A stretch of 64,000 nucleotides of DNA, from NCBI GenBank assembly GCA_964016885.1, contig OZ024743.1, forward strand, positions 10,788,001-10,852,000, read 5' to 3'. The translations under genes and the position numbers were made by a program. Below the pieces are notes generated by a model. It saw only the letters and a program-made list of their open reading frames with translations. It was not told where the DNA came from and searched no databases. Shown here piece by piece: positions 11,916 through 24,449 of the stretch (its first letter is position 1; each line of letters opens with the position of its first letter). The stretch is from Eledone cirrhosa. Taxonomy: Eukaryota.

Positions 11916-14243
11916 ATATTTTTCTTCATACCATACTTATTTTATACATTTTGATATTTCATAATTTAGATATATTTCACTCCTTTTTGAAGGTAAATCC
12001 TTATTATTAAGGGCTGCCATGAACTCTCTATACTCTCTACCGAAATGTGAAGTTCAATATAAAATATGAAACTCAATATATAAAACATACCCTCCTCCTC
12101 ATAATCATCATTTAATGTCAGTATGTCCTGCTTGCAAGGGTTGAATGTGCCATCACAGACCAAGTTAGTACTTAATTGGAGCTGCTGATCTCTCAAACAG
12201 GAATTGATCTCTCAGATGGGACTGATCTCTGTAGAAACTTGGCCAAAAACGGTTTAGAAACTTCTCTAGTGTTGACAGTAAAACACATATAGAAAACTTG
12301 CCAAACAAGGTAGTATAGAAAAATATTCACAGTATTAAAACCCATCTCTCAATACACTTTTTTGTTGTCATGATTAACACTTTCATAGGCTTAGTTAACC
12401 AATGATACTGCATCTCCAAAGAAGACTTTCTGACTATTTTAATGATAGTGGGTGCTAGTCCTATCATATTATACCATGTTGCCATTTTTTAATGACAGGA
12501 GATGAGACTTGAACTCAGAATGCACAGCGCTTGAATAAATACAGGAAAGCTCTGGCAATTCCATCAATCCATTTTCCTAGATTGCTACTTTATTTATCAA
12601 TCCCAACAGGATACAGGGCAATGTTGACTGCAGTGTGATTTAAACTCAGTGTCAGAGAGCTGAAGCAAGAATCACAAACCTTTTAAATATAAAGTGAAAT
12701 AGCAGTGTTAACCTCTCTCCAAATTGTAGCAAATATTTTACACCAATTCTTCTTCCAACTGAAATTTTATCACCTAGATTGTAACATTTATTTATTACGT
12801 CTAGTAAACCAGCCAAATAGTCCATAGTCTTCAGTATAAGACTATATGTTTCCTCTTTCTTTTAGTGCTTCTAGAGTTTGGTGTACCAAAAGATTTGATT
12901 TCCTGTCAGACAGCCAACGATCTCACTATACATGTTATGTATTCTGTAAACTCTCAATGTAATTAACATCAATGTAATAATAGCAGTATTATTCCTCTTT
13001 CAGTACAAATGACCTCTCTGTACAAATAACCATTTCAGTATGAGCCAATAACAGAGTCTCTCTGTAGTACACTAACCTGCTAGAAATAATAACCAAATTC
13101 TCCTGAAATCAGAGCCTATCACCTAAAAAAAGGGACACATTGGACGTCATCATCATCATAATCATCATCGTTTAACGTCCATCTTCCAAGCTAGAATGGG
13201 TTATTCAGGATTCCCTACTAATGAAAATGATGGCAGGTTGCCTTTAAAATCATAGGGCTTTTTAAAGTTGAAATGGGACTAAACAATAACAATAACTGAT
13301 TTAGTACAAATGAGGTCCATCAACAAGAAAAATTCCCCCTAAAGTGCAAATATTCTATTCTAATTAGCCCTTTTATTTCCCATATATACTTGGATATAAG
13401 CTGATTCTTATATAAGCTAACCTCCTATTTTATTTACATCAGAGAAATGGGCAGAAATCCAAACGGTGATTATAAACCAAGGCAGCTAATTAACACATTA
13501 TGTTTAGGTGGTGCAGTTTTGAAATTCTCATGAGTGGAGAATATATTTATGAAGTTTTAATATTTTGATACTTAATTAGAGTGTAGTTTTTGTTTCACAA
13601 CTCCATTACATTATAATTTTTAACAATTTCTGACTGTTTTGAAGGCCATATTCATTCAAAACATCAAAAACAATTGGAAAACAAATTTCACCTCCAAAGT
13701 GATGCCAGTGTAATATTCACCTTTGAAGTGAAAATGTTTCAGCTACTCATTTACATAGAAGAATTAGAAGTTGGTGAAAAATATTGACCTCAAATATAAG
13801 CCAACAACTATCATACCATCAAATATTTTTGTCACATATTTCTCGGCTATATATAAGTATATATGGTAAGTAAAACAATTGATATATCAACTAATCAAAA
13901 GCCACCCAGACATTTCGGTTTGTAAGTTAAGTTAATAAAGTGAGTATGTCAGACTGCCCAAGGTCTTTGCAGGCCTTCTCCATCTGAACATTTCTAAGTG
14001 AATGTATGCAGGCAAAATGGGAGCTCTAGCTATACTTTATACATATAGTAGAGAGTAACTGGGGGTTATACCAGTTACAGCTATAGAGTCTATGATACTA
14101 CCTACTTAAAATGATATTGAGAAGAGTTGATCATCAGATGAAGTATATCACCATGTACTATCTCATAAATCTGACCTCTCCATTTCTTCCATAGTACTCC
14201 TTTTACATCTACCTATACTACTGGCTGTTTACAAATATATATA

Positions 14244-14290
<47 letters not shown>

Positions 14291-14430
14291 ACATATATAA
14301 ATGTATGTGTGTGTTTGTGTGTGTGTAGAGAGAGAGAGAAAGAGAGAGAAGAGAGTCAGGCCCCGACAGCTGAGCTCTTGCTGTTTTGACAGCAAATTCC
14401 TTATATATATACATTATATACATATATATA

Positions 14431-14762
14431 TACGCCATCTTGTTTTTGTTGTCAACAAAAACAAGATGGCGTAGGACAGAACAAAGGAGAGTCACAAAAA
14501 CAAAGAAAAAAATCCCCAGTCACTGAAGAGGTCACAGAATGTGTGACGAAAGAACTTTGACAATATATGAACAATCGTCTGGTTGTGGAACCAACCAACC
14601 GGAAATTTATAAATTCCTAAATTTATAAATTTAATTTATAATAAATTGAAGTGAAAGCAACTGGTGCGTGTGTTTCTTATTGGCAACATGACCCTCCCAA
14701 AGTATAACAATATCGGTTTCAACACACGTTTTCAGATATAGAATCTTGCTAAACAAATTCAG
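14431..14762 (+). mobile_element. ~310-bp non-coding hammerhead-bearing element (PLE pLTR or retrozyme-like)
   Basis: Colinear with the reverse complement of 50198-50460; contains a hammerhead motif; 5' end is a perfect 21-bp fold-back; flanked by (TA)n. Confidence 0.65.
14519..14561 (+). ncRNA. Minimal type I hammerhead ribozyme motif
   Basis: gtca-CTGAAGA-g-gtcaca(gaatg)tgtgac-GAAA-gaac-T-T-tgac; stem I gtca/tgac, 6-bp stem II, minimal stem III. Confidence 0.6.
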
Positions 14763-14767
14763 AAACG

Positions 14768-14803
<36 letters not shown>

Positions 14804-15065
14804 AGCAGTCATACGTAGAAACAAAATCAATACATTCTGCCATAAAAGAGAAAAGATATTTTGAGGAAGTTTTTCGAATTTTTCGGAAGAAATTTTTTTG
14901 AAAAAGTTTTTAAATATTTTAAATATTTTTATACCATCTGATGAGCTCAGGATATCGGGATTGGTAGGATGAAGTCTATCTAGCTGTAGTTCTCTGTGAA
15001 ATATGTATCATGGAGATATAAATGAACCTAAATCAACTGCATATGGCCTCTGATCTTTTTAATAC

Positions 15066-15100
<35 letters not shown>

Positions 15101-15771
15101 ATGAGTGTCTGTGTGTGTGCATATGTATATAAGTGTCTGTATATGTGTGTGTGCATATGTATATATTGCTCTACTGACAGGGGTATGTTCATATGTATTT
15201 TTTTTAATAATTTGATTATATATATCACTGTTGCTTTCCATATTTAGTCTCATGTCAACTGTAATCAAACAAACCAATGCTCAAAGACTACTCCCTCTTG
15301 TTTTCAGATACTGTATATTCAAGACGTCATTATCTAATGTCCCCTTTAGACTAACTACCCCTTCCCCCTCCCATTCTTCTGTGACCCTAGAGACCTTAGC
15401 TTTTCCTTCCTTTTCCAATTTCCTAACCCCAAAAGACACTTGCATTTTTTACAATAAAACTTTTTCTCTGTTATAGGTTATTTGTGAGCTGAAATATAAC
15501 AACCCAACTTTCTATATAACTATTTTGTTCTTTTTTAAGAGCAAGTATTGGCAACGTTTTTAAGCAGTGCGCTACATGAGAAATGGCTCATCATATGGCT
15601 GACCACACTACTAAAAAATCCAAGCATATTTTTTCAGTAGGCACACCATAACAGGTCATAGTTTGTCCATGACTGATCTAGATGCATCTTTGTTGACATG
15701 TGTAATATCAGTGTATTCCTTTCTTTACTAAAGCTTAATTGTATATATACTGACTTACTCAAATAAGTAGA

Positions 15772-16952
15772 ATTTTACATGTGGCCAGTGCTCTGGTGCA
15801 ATAAGTAGCAGCAAGTGCCCACAAAATACTAGCTCTTTCAATTGCGCAGAGGGTTCTATAGAAATAGTGGACAGCTTCCGTTACCTGGGCGACAAAATCA
15901 GCAGTGGGGGAGGGTGCTCCGAAAGTACAGTAGCCAGAGTCAGAACTGGATGGAAAAAGTTCAGAGAGCTTATACCACTATTAGCCGCTAAAGGGTTCTC
16001 CCTAAAAATGAAAGGCAGGTTGTATGATGCCTGCATACGAACAGCAATGTTGCATGGCAGTGAGACCTGGGCATTGTGTGCAGAGGATATACGCAGACTA
16101 GAGAGGAACAAAGCTTGCATGCTCCGCTGGACGTGTAATAGTAATATACGTGAATGGCAAAGCATAAACGAACTAAGGAAAAAATTAGAAATAAGAGGGA
16201 TCAGATGTTGTTTACTCGAGAGAAGGCTACATTGGTATGGTCACGTGATGCGCATGAAAGACGACAGCTGTATAACAAAGTGCAGGGCAATAAAGATAGA
16301 TGGTAGCCACGGAGTAGGCAGACCCAGAAAAACCTGGGACGAGCTGATAATTCCGACCTCACACACTTACACCTCTCCAAGACAATGTCACTGGACCGAG
16401 ACCTTTGGCGGTACTCAGTAATAGAGAAGACCCGCCTTACCTAAATACAAAGTAAAACCTACTACAGTCAGTAGGCATCTCTAACAAAATACACCCCCGT
16501 CCCACCACCCCCACCTCATCCACACCGCCCCCTTCAATGTAAAGTTATGTTGGTGCCACAACATCCAGGCCGAAACAAATGAGATCGTGTAGGTGTCACG
16601 ACAAAAAACACACAGTCCACGCTGTAATGTGGCCGTGTAGGCAACACGGTAAAAACCTCCCAGTCCCACACTGTAAATGTGGTTGGTGTTAGGAAGGGCA
16701 TCCAGCTGTAGAAAACGCGCCAGACAGTCCACGCTGTAATGTGGCCGTGTAGGCAACACGGTAAAAACCTCCCAGCCCCACACTGTAAATGTGGTTGGTG
16801 TTAGGAAGGGCATCCAGCTGTAGAAAACCCGCCAGACAGTCCTATGCGAGCAAGACAACCACTCTTGCCTCAAATGGGAAAACTCCCGTCCAAACCCATG
16901 CAAGCGTGGAACATTGACGTTAAACAATGATGATGATGATGATGATGATGAT
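15772..16952 (+). mobile_element. 5'-truncated young RTE LINE, copy 1
   Basis: FRYLG...MLHGSETW...RRLHWYGHV...GRPRKTW; 1-nt frameshift near 16350; 3' UTR with a 112-bp tandem module and (GAT)n tail. Confidence 0.9.
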
Positions 16953-16980
16953 TAGTGTAATATAGCTTTCTTACAAAATA

Positions 16981-17137
16981 CAGTATTTATCAGCGTCGAA
17001 GACGCTACTTTTTTCCTAAATAAGTCTCAAAAATCTAACATGAGTCCTGGAGGCCGAAGTTTGTTTATTATTATTTTCAAATTTTTCGTTGTCAAAATTA
17101 AGGTGCGTCCTCGTGGACGAAGCGCGAGGAAATACGG
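16981..17137. mobile_element. Short Tc1/mariner(pogo)-like MITE
   Basis: Termini (ta)cagtattt ... aaatacgg with internal gacgc/gcgtc motifs. Confidence 0.4.
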
Positions 17138-18577
17138 AACTTAAAATATCTATTTAAAATTTGAACCTTATTCACCAAATCGTTTTCTTATATGCTTTGG
17201 AATTACAAATAAGTTTAAAGAAGTTACCTCCCTTGCATCTTTCAGATGCTACAACTTGACTCTAAATTTATTCTTCCAGCTGAATGATGAAAAGTTTCTT
17301 TCTATTTTCAATATTTTTGTATTCATTTGCACCAATTGGATATATTCAGTTGGCTATGAAACATATCTCCCATGTATTCACAATGAAAGGTTTTGTTCAT
17401 AACCGCATGAGATTTCAGTGAACAGATAAAATAGATTTAATGCTCAGCTAGAATTTCTCCATTTTACTAGTGAAGCTGCTTTAACATATTTGATACCAAA
17501 CTACCCCAATTCTACAATACCAAGTTGTTTATTTTAAAGTGTATCTATTCATCTAAAAGCCTTCCATCAACATTTGTTGTAAGAGATCTTTGTTAAGTTA
17601 TGCTCCAAATACCAAAATAATTTTTTTTTTTTTTTCGACACAAGTCAAACAGCTTGGGGTAATGGAAAAGTTGATTAAATTCACCCAGTATTTGGAAGTA
17701 TGAATAGCAAAGTTGACTTTGATGAAATTTGAACTCAATACATAAAGTGTAGTAATAAATGTTGCATAGTATTTTGTCTGATGTTCTAACAAGTCTGCCA
17801 ATCAACCATTTTAAACATTAACTTAATAACAAGTCAGTTATATTACTAAATCCCCACTAATTCTTAATAACAAGAAAGCAGCATTAGAAAGGACTATAAA
17901 TGCCATAAATGAGAAGAAGAGAAGGGGAAGAGCAAGGACTACTAGACAAAGGAAGAAAGAAAGGAGGAGGGGTGACATATTCTACCCTTATGTTAAAGTA
18001 GTGTTTTGACTGCACCCCATGGACAAAATGGCAAAGGTGTTTCTTCGAACAATAGCCAGCAACACTTGCTGCAACAGCCACCCCATTTAATGGGGCTCTT
18101 TCCTCAGATGAGCTGCTATCGATCCGATTTTACGGAGGAGGTCAGCTGTTTGATGTCCAAGGACACCTGAGGTCTCGACAAAGACCGATGCAAAGAGGAA
18201 GTGGAGCAGAGAGACAGGCTCTGGTATTTGCTTGTCTTCCTGTTCTTTGCATTCTTAATTATTTGCAAAAATTACTTGAAAATAAGAGGCAGCGTATTTC
18301 ATTAGAAATAAGGTAATGAAAGGGTTAATAGAAGACAGTTGGCATCTCTCATTTACAATGTTTATTCTTTTATTCTTTTACTGGTTTCATTCATTAGACT
18401 TTAGGCATGGTGGAGCAACACTTTGATTTAGTGGATCATATCAACTCCCGTACTTATTTTATCTATCTCTGTTGTTTTCAAACAGCTAAGTTACAGGACA
18501 TAAATACTGACTCCGACACACAAGCACAGATATATGTGTGCATATATAGATATAGACAATTTGATTTTATATATAGA

Positions 18578-19415
18578 TCTAGTTTGTAGGAAAGAAAATA
18601 AGGCGGCGGTCCCATCGGGGAAATGGCCATGCTCAGTGTGTAGGAAAGGCGTAGGTAGAAACTCCATTTTATGTCCCAAATGCAAAGTATGGGTGCATAA
18701 AAGATGTAGTGGGATCACAGGTAAGCTAACTAAGAACATAGATTTTACATGTGGCCGGTGCTCTGGTGCAATAAGTAGCAGCAAGTGCCCACAAAATACT
18801 AGCTCCTTCAACTGCGCAGAGGGTTCTATAGAAATAGTGGACAGCTTCCGTTATCTGGGTGACAAAATCAGCAGTGGGGGAGGGTGCTCTGAAAGTACAG
18901 TAGCTAGAGTCAGAACTGGATGGAAAAAGTTCAGAGAGCTTATACCACTATTAGCCGCTAGAGGGTTCTCCCTAAAAATGAAAGGCAGGTTATACGATGC
19001 CTGCATACGAACAGCAATGCTGCATGGCAGTGAGACCTGGGCATTGTGTGCAGAGGATATACGCAGACTAGAGAGGAACGAAGCTTGCATGCTCCGCTGG
19101 ATGTGCAATAGTAATATACGTGAACGGCAAAGCATAAACGAACTAAGGAAAAAATTAGAAATAAGAGGGATCAGATGTTGTTTACTCGAGAGAAGGCTAC
19201 GTTGGTACGGTCACGTGATGCGCATGAAAGACGACAGCTGTATAACAAAGTGCAGGGCAATAAAGATAGACGGTAGCCACGGAGTAGGCAGACCCAGAAA
19301 AACATGGGACGAGCTGATAAATTCCGACCTCACACGCTTACACCTCTGCAAGACAATGTCACTGGACCGAGACCTTTGGCGGTACTCAGTAATAGAGAAG
19401 ACCCGCCTTACCTAA
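18578..19415 (+). pseudogene. RTE ORF C-terminal part (Cys/His finger, FRYLG, thumb), uninterrupted but 5'-truncated
   Basis: ORF 18534-19415; its first ~15 codons are flanking DNA; CSVC..CPKC..HKRC..CGRC followed by RTE C-terminal motifs. Confidence 0.85.
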
Positions 19416-19913
19416 ATACAAAGTAAAAACCTACTACAGTCAGTAGGCATCTCTATCAAAACACACCTCCACCCCACCCACACCGCCCCTTTCAATGTAA
19501 AGTTATGTTGGTCCCACAACATCCAGGCCGAAACAAATGAGATCGTGTAGGTGTCACGACAAAAAACACACAGTCCACGCTGTAAATGTGGCCGTGTAGG
19601 CAACACGGTAAAAACCTCCCAGCCCCACACTGTAAATGTGGTTGGTGTTAGGAAGGGCATCCAGTTGTAGAAAACCCGCCAGACAGTCCACGCTGTAATG
19701 TGGCCGTGTAGGCAACACGGTAAAAACCTCCCAGCCCCACACTGTAAATGTGGTTGGTGTTAGGAAGGGCATCCAACTGTAGAAAACCCGCCAGACAGTC
19801 CTATGCGAGCAAGACAACCACTCTTGCCTCAAGTGGGAAAACCCCCGTCCAAACCCATGCAAGCGTGGAACACAGACGCTAAACCTGATGATGATGATGA
19901 TGATGATGATGAT
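18578..19913 (+). mobile_element. 5'-truncated young RTE LINE, copy 2
   Basis: Near-identical to copy 1 and ~130 bp longer at the 5' end; (GAT)n tail runs into (TA)n. Confidence 0.92.
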
Positions 19914-20222
19914 ATATATATATATATATATATATGACCGCTCATGAAATTCGCCCAGCTTATGCTGATCGGATAACCATCATGTTGCTTGCTTTTTTCC
20001 TACCTTCGGTTTGCTTTTCCTTCTTGTTGTTTACTTGTCTCACTCACTTTACGCGATTCACTTGTCCCAATAGCTTATTTTAGTTATTGCTTGCACCAAC
20101 CTGAGGTATATGATTTTTAATGCGATGAAATACCAATGACGGTTGGCAAATCACTGATGAGGGACTAATTTTATAATATGTAACCCATGTGCAACCATGC
20201 AGTTTTCCTCTTTCTTCCCATG

Positions 20223-20267
<45 letters not shown>

Positions 20268-21224
20268 TAAATGATAATCAAAGAGTGTTTAATCTTTCAA
20301 ACATTTAATAACTGATGATCATTTCATCCTACCACAAGGCCAGTATATATATATATATATATATATTATATATGAATAACATCTCAACACAAATGCATAT
20401 GCTACCTAAGGTTTCAAAGTTCAACCAGCATAGGACATAGACAATCTATATCTACTAGTTTAGAAATCTTCAGGCAAAACCACACTGTAAAGTGGTTGTG
20501 TATGAGTTTGTTGTTTTTTATTTATGCAAAGAAGTTGGTAACTCCTTGCTCAACCCTATTCCATTTCTGGAGAAAAGTATTTTTATGTGTAGTCCCCTAT
20601 AACACTTTTTACAGTACAATATAACAAATTCCAAGAGAAAGAGAGAATGTTGTGTGTGTGTGTGAGAGAGAGAGGGGGGAGATTAACCCAGTACTTGACT
20701 GGTATTTTATTAACAAAGTTGACTTCAACAGGATTTGAACTCAGGAAACAGGGAGTTGGATCAAATACTACAAACCATTCTGTTTGACACTCAAATGACT
20801 GCCAGTTTGTGGCTTTAGGTGAAGAATATAGTGACATGACATATAAGAATCAACTCTATTAGGAAGCTTAGAGAAGGGGATGCCAAGTGATGAAACTAAG
20901 TTAGATATTTTATTTTATCAATTCTTGAAGAATGAAAAGTTTTCCTTTTCAAAGTAATTCCTCTTAAGTCTAAAGCAATTTCCCATCCTTCTTCACCATG
21001 CCTCCATGCACTCCTGGAAGAATTCTCCCCGGGTTCTCTGCAGCTCCATCATCATGGTCCACTTGATGGCATTTTTTCTGATGATCCAAAGATTTTGCTA
21101 ATCTAATGTCTTTATAATAATCATTTCTTACATTTTTAGCAGATATGAAGTGGGTCAAAGAACTGCATGAATTGTTATATATTTGAGAAATACATTATGT
21201 GTTTAGGTGAAGACTTAGTATACC

Positions 21225-21507
21225 TAGGGCAGGATTTAATGGAGGTGCAAAGGGACCAATTGCCCTGGTCCCCCCACCAGCGATGGCATTAGCAATTTAT
21301 TTGTACCCTCAGCTGGGCTATTTAGTTTTAGGATGGTTAGCATTTTAAAATTTAATGCCTGTATGTATAACTTTTCAATTAAATTACTTTTTTGCCAAGC
21401 TAATGTTGATATATAAAATTGAGGGGTGTGCTGTGTATTCTAATTTTTGTGTATGAGAGCCCCCACCTGAAATGCCCCAGGGCCCCCAATGTCTAAATCC
21501 AATCCTA
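21225..21507. mobile_element. hAT-like MITE
   Basis: Imperfect TIRs tagggcaggattta / taaatccaatccta; 8-bp flanks agtatacc / gttatacc fit a decayed 8-bp TSD; GC-rich gcccc subterminal motifs. Confidence 0.6.
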
Positions 21508-22829
21508 GTTATACCAAAGAATATGTAATATGTGGTTTGCATGTTTTAAGTCCTTTGCAAAATCTCTTTCAAACCAACTCAATTTTGATATTGTTGAAAA
21601 GTGGACAGAGAAAAATGAAAGCATCTATTGAGTAAATATAAAATAAATATAGAGTTATTTATTTGTCAATTTGAGAGTTGAAAATGACATTCACATGTTT
21701 GGATGATTTGTGTTAAGAGGTGTTTATGTTACATAAATGTATTTATAACAAGATGTGGAAATGTTATGATGTGAAGAGTTGGACAGAATAAATGGTGTGA
21801 ATTGTGATGTATATTGAAAACCTGTAAGCATAAAAGAATGAAACAGGCTAAAGTTATATATTGCTAGGTGATCATTATTGTAGTGGAACAAGAACTAAGA
21901 GAATTGTCAGTGTTTTTTATAGCTTAAAGATGACCTTATGCTGCCTTACGTAAATTTGCATTAGAAATGACAAATATAAAATATGATATGAAAATAGGCT
22001 GAAGTTTTGTACAATAACAAAACAAACTTCAATAAAGCATGGTTTCACCACAGATATAAAGGTACAAATTAGGTAAGCGAGAATAGTAAACACATGATTG
22101 GCACTTCATTTTATCATACATGGAAGGAAGTAAGGTAAATTTGTCCTTAAAGGGATTTAAAAACACCATGGTATTTTCTCTGATATTAATGATTATGCCA
22201 ATCTATGCTCCTGGGCTGCTTACTTAATGATACCAAGTTACATAAGGATATAGCAGTCATCAGTAAGACAAGAATTTCCAATGCACAGCCACTCACGCTC
22301 CTTTGTTACAATGAGGTGTGCATCTTTTACAGTCAACCTGGTTCAAGCAGGGTGGCAGTGGAGCTTTAGTTATGAACATATGTAGGTGCTGTCAATGTCA
22401 AGGATCTCCAGATCAGCAGACGAGAAGGATGATAAGCAAAAACAACACAATCAACATGTGAGTAGCATTTTTCAATTCTAAACACAAATGCTACATTTAC
22501 AGGCATAAGGTGCATCCTGTTAGTTGTGAGGGATTGAAAGCCATTCAAGTAAGTGGCAAGAAGCTCATGTAATCTCTGACAGACTATGAAAGGCACATGC
22601 TATTTGATTCCAGACAAATGTGGGTAGTTTTTCCACATCAATATTCCTGACTATGTGAGAAGCAGCAGACTAGAGACAATGGATGTCAATGCCTACCTTG
22701 TTGGCCTAACACTACTGACATATGAGTGGATGTATAATGCTGCAAAATGCCAATGATGGTGGCTAAAATATGGAAGGCACTATGTGGCTGTGTAAGGGGC
22801 AAATTACCAGGTTTAGAAAAACTACCCTA

Positions 22830-23100
22830 TGAGATGTACTTATACAGAACTGAGGTTGCAAAAATTATTTCAAATCCAAACTACAAACTATAAGTTTTCC
22901 TCTTCAAAATAATCCCCCTCAAGTCTAACACAATTTCTCATCCTTCTCTACCATGCCTCCATTCACAAGTTAAGCTACCTACAGTGGAATGGAACTTCTG
23001 TTGACTATACTATCTGGGAAGAATTATCTCAATGCTAAAAAGTTTCTTGGATTGTTCTTCTGTTTTTTGCCTGTAGCCATGGAGCACACATAAGAGCTAT
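22830..23100. mobile_element. Possible mariner-derived relic (related segment at ~20980-21170)
   Basis: Shared caatttc(c/t)catccttct..accatgcctccat..ac and ggaagaatt segments; resembles mariner transposase 3' ends. Confidence 0.35.
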
Positions 23101-24449
23101 TAGATATGATTATACACTCTCATTACATCAAGCTGAACCACTTACAAAACTTTCAGATTCCAATCATGCTGAATAAGTTCAAATTATAACCAGACAGACA
23201 AAAAAAGGTCACTGTACTTGAAGTAATCTCTAATTGATGAGCTTCTTCAAAATAATACTTAAGAATAAAATCACAATGCTGTTAAAAAATATCTTAATAA
23301 GAAATCTCAGTATTGCAGCAAAAGTCACATCAATATTTTTGAACCATTACCTTAGTTTATAGTATTGTATTTATCTTCCGATACAAACCACAGCAATATA
23401 AAAAGAACAACTTGATCTAAAATTATAGTTTCATGGCGCTTCTATCAATGAAATATAATGTGGTAGGTGGCATGTCAAACCTTGCATTTTATAGAAGGTA
23501 AGTGTCAAACAAGAGTGACATCATTCTCGGGTATAATCTGGGTGTTAATAAATATCAACAGAACTGCTTATTTCAGAGAATTTCAGGTTAAGGACTGTTG
23601 ACAACTTATAGAAATTTCTAGCCTAGCAGTGCTACTGCTTCAGATTAAACTTTGCAGGCATGGAAGCTCTATTAGTTAAGACTATCAAAGATACATGCAA
23701 AGTGGCAAAACCTTTGTACACACACACAAATGTTCAAAGTCCTAGCATTGCTGACTTATAGATTTATGTGAAATAGCTTTTGTTCCATGCAAGAGGGATT
23801 CAGCAAATATTTGAGTCTGTCATGAGGATCATTCGACTGCTTCATTTTGTTTGGGAAGGACAAGCAAATTTTATGTCTGGTCACCATGATGAAAGAGATT
23901 GTTTGATGAACAAGTATAAAAGGACTAAAGACAGGTATTTTCTTTGGACAGAGATGTATGTATCTTCTTCTATTTGGAAAGGATGGTAAGTAGAAAAAGC
24001 GATGCTGCTCTTCAGCAAATTTACTGAAAGGTGAGTGAAAGTGGAAAGAATGGCATACATGTAAGTGTCTATTCCGTGTCTGATGAATTTTTTTCCTGGG
24101 CTCCACAAGTGATAGTGAAGGCAACCCAACTAAGAGAGCAACCGATCCAAATAAAAACTAATACTGAGTAGAGTGGCCCCTTAAGTCCTGATAGATAACC
24201 TCTCTGGTGCTGATGGCATAATAAAAAGCACAAAGTTCATGCTGTAATTTGGTTGATGATATAAAGGGCATCCAGGCAGAAAAAATCCTGCCAAAATTTA
24301 CGAAAAATATAACTGAGGATTAGAATTCTGTTTAAACCTCCATTGTTTTTGTAATTTGCCCTAGTAATATCTCTTTCATACACCAAGTTAGTTGGAAATA
24401 AAGAAATGAGTATTATTATTAGATTGGCAAAATGAGTAGTGAATTGGAA

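Noticed and set aside
11966-12196. 76-aa ORF with a GTATGT donor
   Set aside because: Sequence resembles the decayed RTE 3' tail (gcaagc...gacattaaatgatga)
18534-19415. Host zinc-finger gene
   Set aside because: It is the C-terminal part of an RTE ORF with a LINE 3' UTR and tail; the start codon comes from flanking DNA
20150-20200. Hammerhead at CTGATGA-ggg...ccc
   Set aside because: No GAAA or stem III follows; at most a decayed remnant
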